55,656 bases of DNA from Xanthobacteraceae bacterium. Its GTDB lineage: Bacteria; Pseudomonadota; Alphaproteobacteria; Rhizobiales; Xanthobacteraceae. Below, piece after piece: positions 7,974 to 15,920 of the stretch. The stretch lies in contig JBASAH010000485.1 of NCBI GenBank assembly GCA_049650505.1, positions 1-55,656 of the forward strand. Direction: 5' to 3'. The notes under the pieces are model-generated. The model was not told the DNA's origin, did not search any database, and saw only the letters and a list, made by a program, of their open reading frames with translations. Position numbers and translations under genes: made by a program. Every line of letters begins with the position of its first letter. The stretch's first letter is position 1.

Positions 7974-8732
7974 CTAGCGGCGCCGCTTCAGGCGGCGCAC
8001 GAGGTAATCGAAGTTTATGGTGAATTGCTCAGGCTGAGTGATATCCACCTTCAGTTTCTCGATGTCGGCACGCGAAAATTCCGGCGCGGGATCACCCGCC
8101 GCCTCGACCAGCAATTGCACCATCGCGCCATTCTCCAGCATGATCGTGCCGATCACGGCTTCCGCGATCGTGGCCCCGGTGACGACCACGCCGTGGTTTT
8201 TCAACAGCACCGCGCGACCTTGACCAAGCGCCCGCGCTACTCCTGCGCCCATCGCATGCGTGCGGATAAGATTGATCGTATCGGTATAGGTGCCGAGCCC
8301 ATCATAAAATAGTGCGCCCGGCTGGCTATAGCACTTAAGCGTTCGTCCGGTTGCGGATAGTGCGATTGAATAAGTCGGGTGGGTGTGGATCACACAATTG
8401 ACGTCCCGCCGTGCCTTGAAAATTTCCGAATGGATATAGACCTCGCTGTGTCGGCGCGCGCTACCGGCAACCACATTGCCGTCTAGGTCAATGGTGAGGA
8501 TATTCTGCATCGTGATCTCATCGAGCCCGATGCTGTGCGCTTTCATGAAAAACAGGTTCGGATTATCCGGAAGACGAAACGAAATATGACCGCGGGTAAA
8601 ATCGTCCTGGCCTTCGGCGACTAGCACTTTCCCGGCCATAATCAGCTGCTCTTTGATGGCTCTGTGAGCCGCCTGCTTACCGATCCTGTTGCCTCGACTA
8701 ATTTTGGTATTCGAGCTTTTGCTTTTGACCAT
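7974..8732 (-). CDS. Class II aldolase/adducin-family protein
   Basis: It shows the class II aldolase pattern GHISFR..., HSEVYIHSEIF, VIHTHPTY, LLKNHGVVVTG. I prefer the ATG at 8732 (GAGGG upstream), with a GTG at 8741 as the alternative. Confidence 0.85.
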   Translation of the reverse strand: MVKSKSSNTKISRGNRIGKQAAHRAIKEQLIMAGKVLVAEGQDDFTRGHISFRLPDNPNLFFMKAHSIGLDEITMQNILTIDLDGNVVAGSARRHSEVYIHSEIFKARRDVNCVIHTHPTYSIALSATGRTLKCYSQPGALFYDGLGTYTDTINLIRTHAMGAGVARALGQGRAVLLKNHGVVVTGATIAEAVIGTIMLENGAMVQLLVEAAGDPAPEFSRADIEKLKVDITQPEQFTINFDYLVRRLKRRR

Positions 8733-8892
8733 TGCCCTCACCCACCCCAGTCACGTGCGGGCGCAACAAAACAGGGAATTCGGACCGCCTCAAGCAAAAA
8801 ATAAGAGGGCAGCGCCAGCTGGCGCCACCCAATCTATGTCGCCTGCTCACCCGGATTTTCCCCGGTCCGCGCCGCTCTTCTTCGAGGCCGCG

Positions 8893-9396
8893 CTAGGCGG
8901 CCTTACGGTTGATCTGGCTTTCCGCCATTTCGGTCAGTTTCTTGTCGGTTGCCTTCTCCTCGTCCAGAGTCTGGTTGAGAAGCGTCGCGGCATCGTTGCG
9001 GCCCAGCTGCTTGGCCCAAGCAACGAGCGTTCCATAACGCGTCATTTCATAATGCTCGACCGCTTGCGCCGCAGCAATCAGGGCTGCATCGAGAACGGAT
9101 TTGTTCTGAACTTCGCCGGCAACCTCCTCGGCCTCTTCGATGATGCCGTCGATTGCGGGACAGTCGACGCCCTGAGCTTTCTTGCCAAGCAGATTGAAGA
9201 CCTGATCCAGCCGCTTAACGTGATTTTCGCTTTCGCGAAGATGGGTTTGAAATCCCTGCTTGAGCTGTGGATTATTCGCTTTTTCGATCATTTCCGGCAG
9301 CGATTTCACGATCTGCTTCTCGGCATAGTAGATGTCGCGCAGCGTATGCACGAACAGATCGTCCATGTTCTTGATGTCCTTCGAAAACAGGCCCAT
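8893..9396 (-). CDS. Ferritin-like stress protein (YciE/YciF, DUF892 family)
   Basis: Starts MGLFSKDIKNMDDLFVHTLRDIYYAEKQI and also contains ..LRESENHVKRL...AVEHYEMTRYGTL. The internal ATG at 9396 has an AGGAAAG RBS, and the upstream 16 codons of the track ORF are rejected. Confidence 0.85.
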   Translation of the reverse strand: MGLFSKDIKNMDDLFVHTLRDIYYAEKQIVKSLPEMIEKANNPQLKQGFQTHLRESENHVKRLDQVFNLLGKKAQGVDCPAIDGIIEEAEEVAGEVQNKSVLDAALIAAAQAVEHYEMTRYGTLVAWAKQLGRNDAATLLNQTLDEEKATDKKLTEMAESQINRKAA

Positions 9397-9465
9397 GGCT
9401 GTCACTTTCCTATTCTTGATGGTTTGTGGGGGTGGCGGGTGCATGCCCGCCCGATACTTTTTGCC

Positions 9466-9490
9466 AACGCCCCTATCCGAGCACCGTTCC
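9466..9490 (-). promoter_or_regulatory. EcfG-type promoter motif GGAAC-N16-CGTT
   Basis: The minus strand reads GGAAC (9490-9486), then GGTGCTCGGATAGGGG, then CGTT (9469-9466). It lies 70 nt upstream of the yciF-like start at 9396. Confidence 0.6.
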
Positions 9491-9556
9491 GGCGCTCATT
9501 CGACAGTTCCAAGTTCCAACAACAAACGCGACGATTGGTCCGTGCTCGACGAAGAC

Positions 9557-9712
9557 TCACGTGAAATAAATCAGCCAAATTATTCCAAATACGACGATGA
9601 TCGCGGCGATGCTGAAACCGAGGACATAGCGGACGTTATGTCCTGTTACACCCTGACGGGCCTGCCGTGCCGGCACGACGGGGCGCGGCTCTGGGCGGTC
9701 TGAAGAGCTCAT
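9557..9712 (-). CDS. Small membrane protein, 51 aa (MSSSDRPEPRPVVPARQARQGVTGHNVRYVLGFSIAAIIVVFGIIWLIYFT)
   Basis: The ATG at 9712 is preceded by AGGAGG, and there is a single C-terminal TM helix. It lies 53 nt downstream of csbD on the same strand. Confidence 0.6.
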   Translation of the reverse strand: MSSSDRPEPRPVVPARQARQGVTGHNVRYVLGFSIAAIIVVFGIIWLIYFT

Positions 9713-9765
9713 GATCGCCTCCTGTTGTGGGCGCTTGAGTTCGGCGCGCGCCAAGCCATTCGGCG

Positions 9766-9966
9766 CTATGGCTGAGCGTTCAGCCAATCGCCCACGTCTT
9801 TTCGCACCAGATCCTTGGCCAAGCCGTAGCGTTGTTGGATTTTGCCTTCCAGTTGATCGCGACGGCCATTGATCTTCGACAGATCGTCGTCGGTGAGTTG
9901 ACCCCACTTTTCTTTGACTTTGCCTTTAACTTCTTTCCAGTTTCCTTCGATCCGATTCCAATCCAT
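9766..9966 (-). CDS. csbD: CsbD-family general stress protein
   Basis: The sequence MDWNRIEGNWKEVKGKVKEKWGQLTDDDLSKINGRRDQLEGKIQQRYG is the canonical CsbD pattern. The ATG at 9966 is preceded by GGAGG. Confidence 0.9.
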   Translation of the reverse strand: MDWNRIEGNWKEVKGKVKEKWGQLTDDDLSKINGRRDQLEGKIQQRYGLAKDLVRKDVGDWLNAQP

Positions 9967-10006
9967 TTCGATGCCTCCAAATCCATGCGCGCAAGGGAGC
10001 ACGACT

Positions 10007-10031
10007 AACTAACCGCCGGGCGCGAGGTTCC
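10007..10031 (-). promoter_or_regulatory. Imperfect EcfG-like motif GGAAC-N16-AGTT upstream of csbD
   Basis: The minus strand reads GGAAC (10031-10027), then CTCGCGCCCGGCGGTT, then AGTT (10010-10007). It lies 40 nt upstream of the csbD ATG. The first base of the -10 element deviates from CGTT. Confidence 0.3.
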
Positions 10032-10075
10032 CCGATCAGTTCCCGGAACGTTGCCCATTCTTCACGGAACTTTCC

Positions 10076-10100
10076 GGAACGCGATTGTCGCAGCCGCGTT
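10076..10100 (+). promoter_or_regulatory. EcfG-type promoter motif GGAAC-N16-CGTT
   Basis: GGAAC at 10076-10080, spacer gcgattgtcgcagccg, then CGTT at 10097-10100. It lies 93 nt upstream of the ATG at 10193. Two further GGAAC pentamers sit at 10045 and 10066. Confidence 0.6.
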
Positions 10101-10192
10101 GGGCCGGAGAGCACATGGCTAGGTCGAGAACCGGCATTTCGCTGATGCGAAAGGCGGCGGCTTGGCTTTGCGGGAGAACAGAGGAGAGCGAA

Positions 10193-10990
10193 ATGAAAAA
10201 GAAGCTATTGGCTACGGTCGCCGTAGCGGCGGTAGTCGGGTTCGGCGGAGTCGCCGCCGCCCAATCGCAGATGGGCGATTCTAATAAATCGCCGTCCGCG
10301 ACACAGGAGAAGAGTGGCGGCAGCATGAGCGGGACGCAGTCCGGCAGCAAGACGCTCAACCCGTCGAGCACCCAGTCGAGCAAGCCATCGAGCGGTCAAT
10401 CGGCCCAAGGTCCGGAGAAGAGCGGCAAGGATAACGAGCGGCTCGGCCAAGGCCGTGAGGACCAAAAGGGCATGACGCGTGGCGCGCAAGAAGAAAAGGG
10501 CGGCATGCAGCAAAAGGGGGCGCAGGAGGAACGCGGACAGCAAAAGAACCTGAAGGGTGCGCAAGAGGAGCGCGGCCTGCAAAAGAACCAGAAGGGTGCA
10601 CAAGAGGAACGTGGCACCAATCTGAAGGGCGCCCAGGAGCAGCGTGGCACAACCGAACGCGGTACGGCGGAATCGACCCGGTCTGGCGTGAACACCAGCA
10701 CCAGCGTCGAGAACCGCGGAACACGTGGCTCGGTGCAGCTGTCGGAAGATCAGCGCTCGCAGATCAAAACAATCATCGGCCGCGAGCGCGGACCACGGCT
10801 TGGCAGTAACGCCAACTTCAGCGTCTCGGTGGGAACCAGAGTCCCGCGGAGCGTACACGTTGCGGTGCTGCCTGGAGACATCGTGCGCATCGTTCCTGAA
10901 TACCGCGGATACGATTACTTCCTCGTCGGCGATGAGATCGTGATCGTCGACCCGCGCACGCTGGAAATCGTTGCAATCATCCCCGCTTAA
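10193..10990 (+). CDS. Secreted repeat protein with a C-terminal DUF1236-like domain
   Basis: The ATG at 10193 has a GAGGAG RBS and the signal peptide reads MKKKLLATVAVAAVVGFGGVAAAQ. The protein has a low-complexity Ser/Gly/Gln region and about four tandem GAQEERGxxKNxK repeats. The C-terminus (QRSQIKTII..FSVSVGTRVPRSVHVAVLPGDIVRIVPEYRGYDYFLVGDEIVIVDPRTLEIVAII) matches my recollection of DUF1236. Confidence 0.75.
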   Translation: MKKKLLATVAVAAVVGFGGVAAAQSQMGDSNKSPSATQEKSGGSMSGTQSGSKTLNPSSTQSSKPSSGQSAQGPEKSGKDNERLGQGREDQKGMTRGAQEEKGGMQQKGAQEERGQQKNLKGAQEERGLQKNQKGAQEERGTNLKGAQEQRGTTERGTAESTRSGVNTSTSVENRGTRGSVQLSEDQRSQIKTIIGRERGPRLGSNANFSVSVGTRVPRSVHVAVLPGDIVRIVPEYRGYDYFLVGDEIVIVDPRTLEIVAIIPA

Positions 10991-11011
10991 TCGGCCGGAA
11001 TGAATTGCGCG

Positions 11012-11051
11012 GCGGGCCTGTGTCGGGGTTCCGACCCAGGCCCGCTTTTTT
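11012..11051 (+). terminator. Rho-independent terminator
   Basis: Hairpin gcgggcctg-tgtcgg-ggtt-ccgac-c-caggcccgc followed by tttttt. Confidence 0.8.
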
Positions 11052-11142
11052 GATGTGGAACGCAATTACATTCAACGGCTATCTGTCTCGGTATTATTGA
11101 ACACACGAGACGACTAAGCGAGCGACTAGCAAGCGACACAGT

Positions 11143-11181
11143 AAAAAATCCCCCGGCGAGGCACCGGGGGATTTTTTTTTG
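11143..11181. terminator. Bidirectional rho-independent terminator
   Basis: Sequence aaaaaat-cccccgg-cgaggca-ccggggg-attttttttt. It has an A-run on one side and a T-run on the other, and lies 20 nt past the stop of the minus-strand gene at 11201. Confidence 0.8.
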
Positions 11182-11200
11182 CGAAAGTACGAACGACAGT

Positions 11201-11392
11201 CTAACGATTTTGTGGGCCCTGCTGACCGCCTTGTTGTCCACCTTGTTGGCCACCACCGCCTTGCTGACCGCCTTGGCGTCCTGGTGTCTGAGTTTGCTGA
11301 CCTGGTTTCTCCTGACCCGGTTTCTGCTGACCGCCCTGTTGACCGCCCTGCTGGCCGCCTTGCTGCTGCCCACCCATTTTTTCGTTATCCAT
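11201..11392 (-). CDS. Small Gly/Gln-rich low-complexity (hydrophilin-like) protein, 63 aa
   Basis: Reads MDNEKMGGQQQGGQQGGQQGGQQKPGQEKPGQQ..GGQQGGQQGGQQGPQNR. The ATG at 11392 has a GGAGAA RBS, and a clean terminator lies just downstream. Confidence 0.6.
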   Translation of the reverse strand: MDNEKMGGQQQGGQQGGQQGGQQKPGQEKPGQQTQTPGRQGGQQGGGGQQGGQQGGQQGPQNR

Positions 11393-11592
11393 GGAGCAAT
11401 TCTCCTTCGCGGAAGGATTTCCGCGGGAGGACAATCGCCTACTGTTGGTTCCCTATCGGACAAACGCGCTGGGTAAGGAATGACAACTGCGATGGTAAGG
11501 AATGCCGGAACAACGACGCAAGGCCTTGGTTAGCACGAATGATCGCCACGCGAGCATTTCGACGTGCTTAGCGCCCACAAAATGGGCTGACC

Positions 11593-12234
11593 ATGACCAG
11601 GCGCGATCAAAGTTCCGGTACAATTATGCCGCAAAGCGGTCCCGATCGCAGATCGGTCTTGATGGGAACCGTTTCGAGTGCTGCCGCGCCCGTGATTGCA
11701 CGAGCCGCGCAAACCGAAGCGCGGCGCGTTGCGCCGTCCACCAGTTCGGGTAAACCGGTCGATATTGCTCTCACCATTAATGATCGCGCGCACAATGTCG
11801 CAGTGGACATAAGAACGTCGCTACTGGATTTGCTGCGCGAGCGGTTGGGACTGACCGGTACAAAGAAGGGCTGCGATCACGGCCAATGCGGTGCCTGTAC
11901 CGTCCTGATCGATGGACGGCGCGTCTTGTCGTGTCTCACGCTTGCCATCGTTACGCAGGGACGCAACGTGACGACGATCGAAGGTCTCGCCAATGAGGGC
12001 GAACTGCATCCGATGCAGCAAGCCTTCATCGATCACGACGCGTTCCAGTGCGGCTATTGCACGCCCGGCCAGATCATGTCGGCGATCGGCTGCGTGAACG
12101 AAGGTCATGCCGAGAACGATGCCGACATCAGGGAATATATGAGTGGCAATCTCTGCCGCTGTGCCGCCTATCCGAATATTGTCGATGCGGTGAAGCAGGC
12201 AAGAGCGCAGATGAAAACCGCGAGCACACAATAA
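11593..12234 (+). CDS. Aldehyde oxidoreductase/xanthine dehydrogenase-family [2Fe-2S] small subunit with a twin-arginine signal (PaoA-like)
   Basis: The Tat motif is GPDRRSVLMGTVSSAAAPVIARAAQ, followed by GTKKGCDHGQCGACTV and FQCGYCTPGQ...NLCRCAAY. The start may instead be the ATG at 11626 (MPQSGPDRR). Confidence 0.88.
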   Translation: MTRRDQSSGTIMPQSGPDRRSVLMGTVSSAAAPVIARAAQTEARRVAPSTSSGKPVDIALTINDRAHNVAVDIRTSLLDLLRERLGLTGTKKGCDHGQCGACTVLIDGRRVLSCLTLAIVTQGRNVTTIEGLANEGELHPMQQAFIDHDAFQCGYCTPGQIMSAIGCVNEGHAENDADIREYMSGNLCRCAAYPNIVDAVKQARAQMKTASTQ

Positions 12235-12236
12235 CC

Positions 12237-13259
12237 ATGCGCACTTTTCTCTATCAGCGCGCGCGTGAACCGAACGAAGCTGCGCAGCTTGCCGCCGCCG
12301 CCAATCCAGCAAGCGCCCGCAGCCGAAATAAAGTCGAGTATCTCGCCGGCGGCACGACTTTGACCGATCTTATGAAGCTCGATGTCGCGCAACCGGATGT
12401 GATAATCGACATCAATCCGCTCACTGAGACAGGTCACGGACGAATTGAACTCAGTCAGCGCGGCTTGCGGCTTGGTGCGTTGGTCCGGATGGCCGAAGCG
12501 GCCGATCACCCCGGCGTCAAATCGCAATATCCAGTAGTCGCGCAGTCGCTTTCTCAGGCGGCCAGCCAGCAGCTGCGCAACATGGCAAGCCTCGGTGGCA
12601 ATGTCTTGCAGCGCACGCGTTGCACCTACTTCCGCGACGTTTCCTATTCTGAATGCAACAAACGCAATCCCGGATCCGGCTGCGCGGCGCTAACCGGCTT
12701 CAACCGCCCGCACGCGGTGCTCGGCGGTAGCGATCAATGCATTGCCACCTATCCCGGCGATTTCGCTCAGGCGCTAATCGCACTCGAAGCGGCGGTGGAG
12801 ATCGCTGGCCGCAGCGGCAGCCGAACCATCCTGTTTGCCAACCTTCACCGCAAACCGGGCGACACGCCGGATCAGGAAACGAGTTTACGGCCGGGCGAGA
12901 TCATCACGTCGTTTCTGATCCCTGCCGCGCCATGGACCCGGCGTTCGCTTTATCTGAAAGTGCGGGATCGGCAGTCCTACGAGTTTGCGCTCGCTTCGGC
13001 GGCGGTAGCGCTCGATCAACAGGACGGCATTGTGCGCACTGCACGCATCGCGCTGGGCGGGTTGGCGACCGTGCCCTGGCGGGCGACCGACGCCGAAGCA
13101 TTGCTACGCGGTAAGTCCGTCAACGAGCAAAACGCTACTGCAGCGGCAAGCGCCGCTTTCGCCGACGCCAAAGGTTATGGCTACAACGACTTCAAGATCG
13201 AACTTGGCAAGCGCACCTTGGGCCGCGCCCTGCAACAGGCGGCAGCGCTGGAAATTTGA
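12237..13259 (+). CDS. Xanthine dehydrogenase-family FAD-binding subunit (PaoB/CoxM-like)
   Basis: The ATG at 12237 lies 2 nt after the upstream stop. It shows the FAD-binding PCMH pattern (YLAGGTTLTDLMK...NMASLGGNVLQRTRC). The 63 upstream codons of the track ORF overlap the previous gene and are rejected. Confidence 0.85.
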   Translation: MRTFLYQRAREPNEAAQLAAAANPASARSRNKVEYLAGGTTLTDLMKLDVAQPDVIIDINPLTETGHGRIELSQRGLRLGALVRMAEAADHPGVKSQYPVVAQSLSQAASQQLRNMASLGGNVLQRTRCTYFRDVSYSECNKRNPGSGCAALTGFNRPHAVLGGSDQCIATYPGDFAQALIALEAAVEIAGRSGSRTILFANLHRKPGDTPDQETSLRPGEIITSFLIPAAPWTRRSLYLKVRDRQSYEFALASAAVALDQQDGIVRTARIALGGLATVPWRATDAEALLRGKSVNEQNATAAASAAFADAKGYGYNDFKIELGKRTLGRALQQAAALEI

Positions 13260-13275
13260 TGATGGAGATCAAGTG

Positions 13276-15558
13276 ATGGCGAACGCTGCAGCACCGCAGC
13301 CGAAGGAAAATATGGGAGCGCCAGCGCCGCGCTACGACGCGCGGCTGAAAGTCACCGGACAAGCCCGCTACCCGGCCGATACTCCGGTCACCAATCCCGC
13401 CTACGCGATGCTGGTGACCAGCGCGATCGCTAAGGGCACCCTAACCTCGCTCGAACTTGAGGACGCACGTGCCGTACCGGGTATCCTCGATATCTTCACC
13501 GCCGAGGACATGTCCGAGCTCAAGACCGTGGAATTCGGCGCGCGCTGCTCGACATCGATCCAGAATCTTGGTCCGGAAGTCCTTCACGCCGGCCAGATTA
13601 TCGCGATTGTCGTGGGTGATACGTTCGAGGCTGCGCGTGAAGCGGCGCGGCGCGTCAAAGCGAGTTATCGCGAAGAGACGCCTTCGGCCACATTCGGCGC
13701 GCCGGGCCTAAACGAGGCCGACGCAACCAAGGAATCGAAAGCGCACAGACATGTGCCACAGGCCGGCGATGCTGCGAGCGCAATTGCCGGCGCGGATGTG
13801 GTGCTTGACGCCGAATATGGCACGCCGACACAGCACCACAATGCAATCGAACTGTTCACGACCACCTGCGCCTGGACCGATGATCAGCTAACCATCTATG
13901 AACCGAGTCAGTTCGTTTATGGATTGAAAAACAGTGTCGCCGAGCGGCTTGGTATCGAGCCCGAGAAAGTGCGGACCGTCTCGCATTATGCCGGCGGCGC
14001 GTTCGGCTCCAAGGGCGCGATGACGCCGCGAACCGCGATGATCGCGCTTGCCGCCAAACGGCTAAATCGGCCGGTCAAGCTCGTGCCTACCCGCGCTCAA
14101 GGCTTCACTATCGCCACTTACCGCGCCGAGACGCGGCACCACATCCGCCTGGGCGCGCGGCGCGACGGCAAGCTTATCGGTTATTTCCACGAAGGCTGGG
14201 AAATCAGTTCGCGTCCAGACCCCTACGTCGTGGCTGGCGTGGAAGATACTGCACAGCTTTATGCCTATGGTGCGGTGACCACGAAGGTGAATCTCGTGCA
14301 TGCGGACCGCAATACGCCGGGCTACATGCGTTCGCCGCCGGTCGTGCCATACGTGTACGCGTTGGAAAGCGCCATGGACGAAATGGCGATTAAGCTCGGC
14401 ATGGATCCGATTGAATTCCGTCGTGTCAATGACACGATGACCAGTCCCATCGGCGGCAAGCCGTATTCGAGCCGCTCCTTGATGCAGTGCTATGACCAGG
14501 CGGCAGCGGCCTTCGGCTGGCAAAGTCGCAAGCCACAGCCGCGGTCTATGCGCGATGGTGATTGGCTGATTGGCTTCGGCTGCGCGACCGCGCTCTACCC
14601 AACGCATGTCGGCCCCGCTGCTGCACGGGTGCGCTTGATGCCAAATGGTGACGTCCGCGTGCAGACCGCCGCCCATGAAATCGGCAATGGCGTCTACACG
14701 GTTCTCGCTCAGGTGGCGGCAGAACGGCTCGGTGTCAATCTCGGTTCAGTCAGGGTCGAAGTCGGCGACTCACGCTTTCCTCCCGCCCCTGTCGCCGGCG
14801 GGTCGAACACGACGGCGAGCACATGCAGCGCCGTGCTGAAAACCTGTGATGCAATTCGTAGCAAGCTGTTCAATGCCGCAGTCGCCGCCCAGGAAGGCCC
14901 GCTCGCGGGCCGCAGCGCCGACGCTCTGACACTGAACGACGGCAAGGTCGTCGCCGCAGATGGCGCTGGGGAAAAAATTGAAGACGTGTTCAAGCACCTG
15001 GGCGTGAGTTCGATCGAAGAATATGCCGAATTCATCCCACCGGGCCTCGAGCCGAAAGCCATGTCCAGCCTCTATGCAGGAACATATACCTCGACCGGCG
15101 GATCGCACGGCGAAAAGATCATGTACGCGATGGGCGCGGAGTTTGTCGAAGTTCGGGTCCATGCTTCAACCTGCGAAATTCGCGTGCCGCGGATCGTCGG
15201 TGCCTTTGCCGCCGGCCGGCTTATGAATACCCGAACTGTTCGCAGCCAGGTCATGGGCGGGATGATCTGGGGTATCAGTTCGGCACTCCATGAGGCGACC
15301 GAAATCGACGTCAAACGAGCGCGGTATGTTAATGACAATCTGGCCGACTACCTGGTGCCGGTGAACGCCGACGTCAAACAGGTTGAGGTAATACTCGTTT
15401 CCGAGATCGATCATGACGTGAATCCGGCCGGCGTGAAGGGTTTGGGTGAACTCGCTAATGTCGGCACGGCGGCTGCGATCGCCAACGCCGTATATCAGGC
15501 GACTGGCAAACGCATTCGCCAACTGCCGATCCGGATCGAGAGCCTACTTTCCGCATAG
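13276..15558 (+). CDS. Xanthine dehydrogenase-family molybdopterin-binding large subunit (PaoC-like)
   Basis: The ATG at 13276 has a GGAGAT RBS. The 760-aa product carries RYDARLKVTGQARY, GGAFGSK and GVKGLGE motifs typical of Moco hydroxylases. Confidence 0.88.
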   Translation: MANAAAPQPKENMGAPAPRYDARLKVTGQARYPADTPVTNPAYAMLVTSAIAKGTLTSLELEDARAVPGILDIFTAEDMSELKTVEFGARCSTSIQNLGPEVLHAGQIIAIVVGDTFEAAREAARRVKASYREETPSATFGAPGLNEADATKESKAHRHVPQAGDAASAIAGADVVLDAEYGTPTQHHNAIELFTTTCAWTDDQLTIYEPSQFVYGLKNSVAERLGIEPEKVRTVSHYAGGAFGSKGAMTPRTAMIALAAKRLNRPVKLVPTRAQGFTIATYRAETRHHIRLGARRDGKLIGYFHEGWEISSRPDPYVVAGVEDTAQLYAYGAVTTKVNLVHADRNTPGYMRSPPVVPYVYALESAMDEMAIKLGMDPIEFRRVNDTMTSPIGGKPYSSRSLMQCYDQAAAAFGWQSRKPQPRSMRDGDWLIGFGCATALYPTHVGPAAARVRLMPNGDVRVQTAAHEIGNGVYTVLAQVAAERLGVNLGSVRVEVGDSRFPPAPVAGGSNTTASTCSAVLKTCDAIRSKLFNAAVAAQEGPLAGRSADALTLNDGKVVAADGAGEKIEDVFKHLGVSSIEEYAEFIPPGLEPKAMSSLYAGTYTSTGGSHGEKIMYAMGAEFVEVRVHASTCEIRVPRIVGAFAAGRLMNTRTVRSQVMGGMIWGISSALHEATEIDVKRARYVNDNLADYLVPVNADVKQVEVILVSEIDHDVNPAGVKGLGELANVGTAAAIANAVYQATGKRIRQLPIRIESLLSA

Positions 15559-15848
15559 TTCACACTACAGCTGTCTCCCCTTCACCTACCGATCTAGGTC
15601 TATTTTCGCAGACGCTCAGCGGGCCCGAGAAGAAAAAAATTTATTGGGGTGGGACCAAAGTCCGGCTTCGAACGTTTGAAGCTACAAGACAAACAGGAGT
15701 TTGCGCGGCGCTGAAGCGAGCGCGAGCGGTAATTACGAGGCAAATACCGATCAGAGTGCTGGGTCCCTGATAGCCAACAGATACGCTTTGCTTGCACATC
15801 GTGCTGCGCTATTCAGTCGATCCTGACGCGGGAGCGCGCGATCGCTCC

Positions 15849-15878
15849 GGAAAAGCCCCGGTTGGCCGGGGCTTTTCC
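15849..15878 (-). terminator. Stem-loop terminator downstream of the FNR-like gene
   Basis: ggaaaagccccgg-ttgg-ccggggcttttcc forms a perfect 13-bp stem with T/A runs inside the arms. It lies 43 nt past the stop at 15921. Confidence 0.6.
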
Positions 15879-15920
15879 ATTATCGTTGATCACATGGCTC
15901 TTGATCCGCGACGATATCGG

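Noticed and set aside
11052-11142. A 90-bp spacer between two convergent terminators that could encode a plus-strand sRNA ending at the bidirectional terminator. It contains GGAAC at 11056 and gcgac-rich short repeats.
   Set aside because: No matching -10 element (CGTT) lies at 16-17 nt from the GGAAC. I saw no obvious structure or conservation signal. The hairpin at 11143-11181 is fully explained as the terminator of the minus-strand gene ending at 11201.
11435-11592. A possible molybdenum-cofactor riboswitch upstream of the PaoABC-like operons. I also checked 38797-39093.
   Set aside because: I could not find the conserved Moco-motif core elements or a convincing multi-stem fold by eye. 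Only the 11-bp direct repeat stands out. A covariance-model scan (Rfam Moco_RNA_motif) would be the decisive test.
15886-15906. TTGATC-N9-TTGATC, which could be mistaken for an FNR/FixK box (TTGAT-N4-ATCAA).
   Set aside because: It is a direct repeat, not an inverted one. The spacing is wrong. It lies in the 3' UTR of the FNR-like gene between its stop codon and its terminator, not in a promoter.
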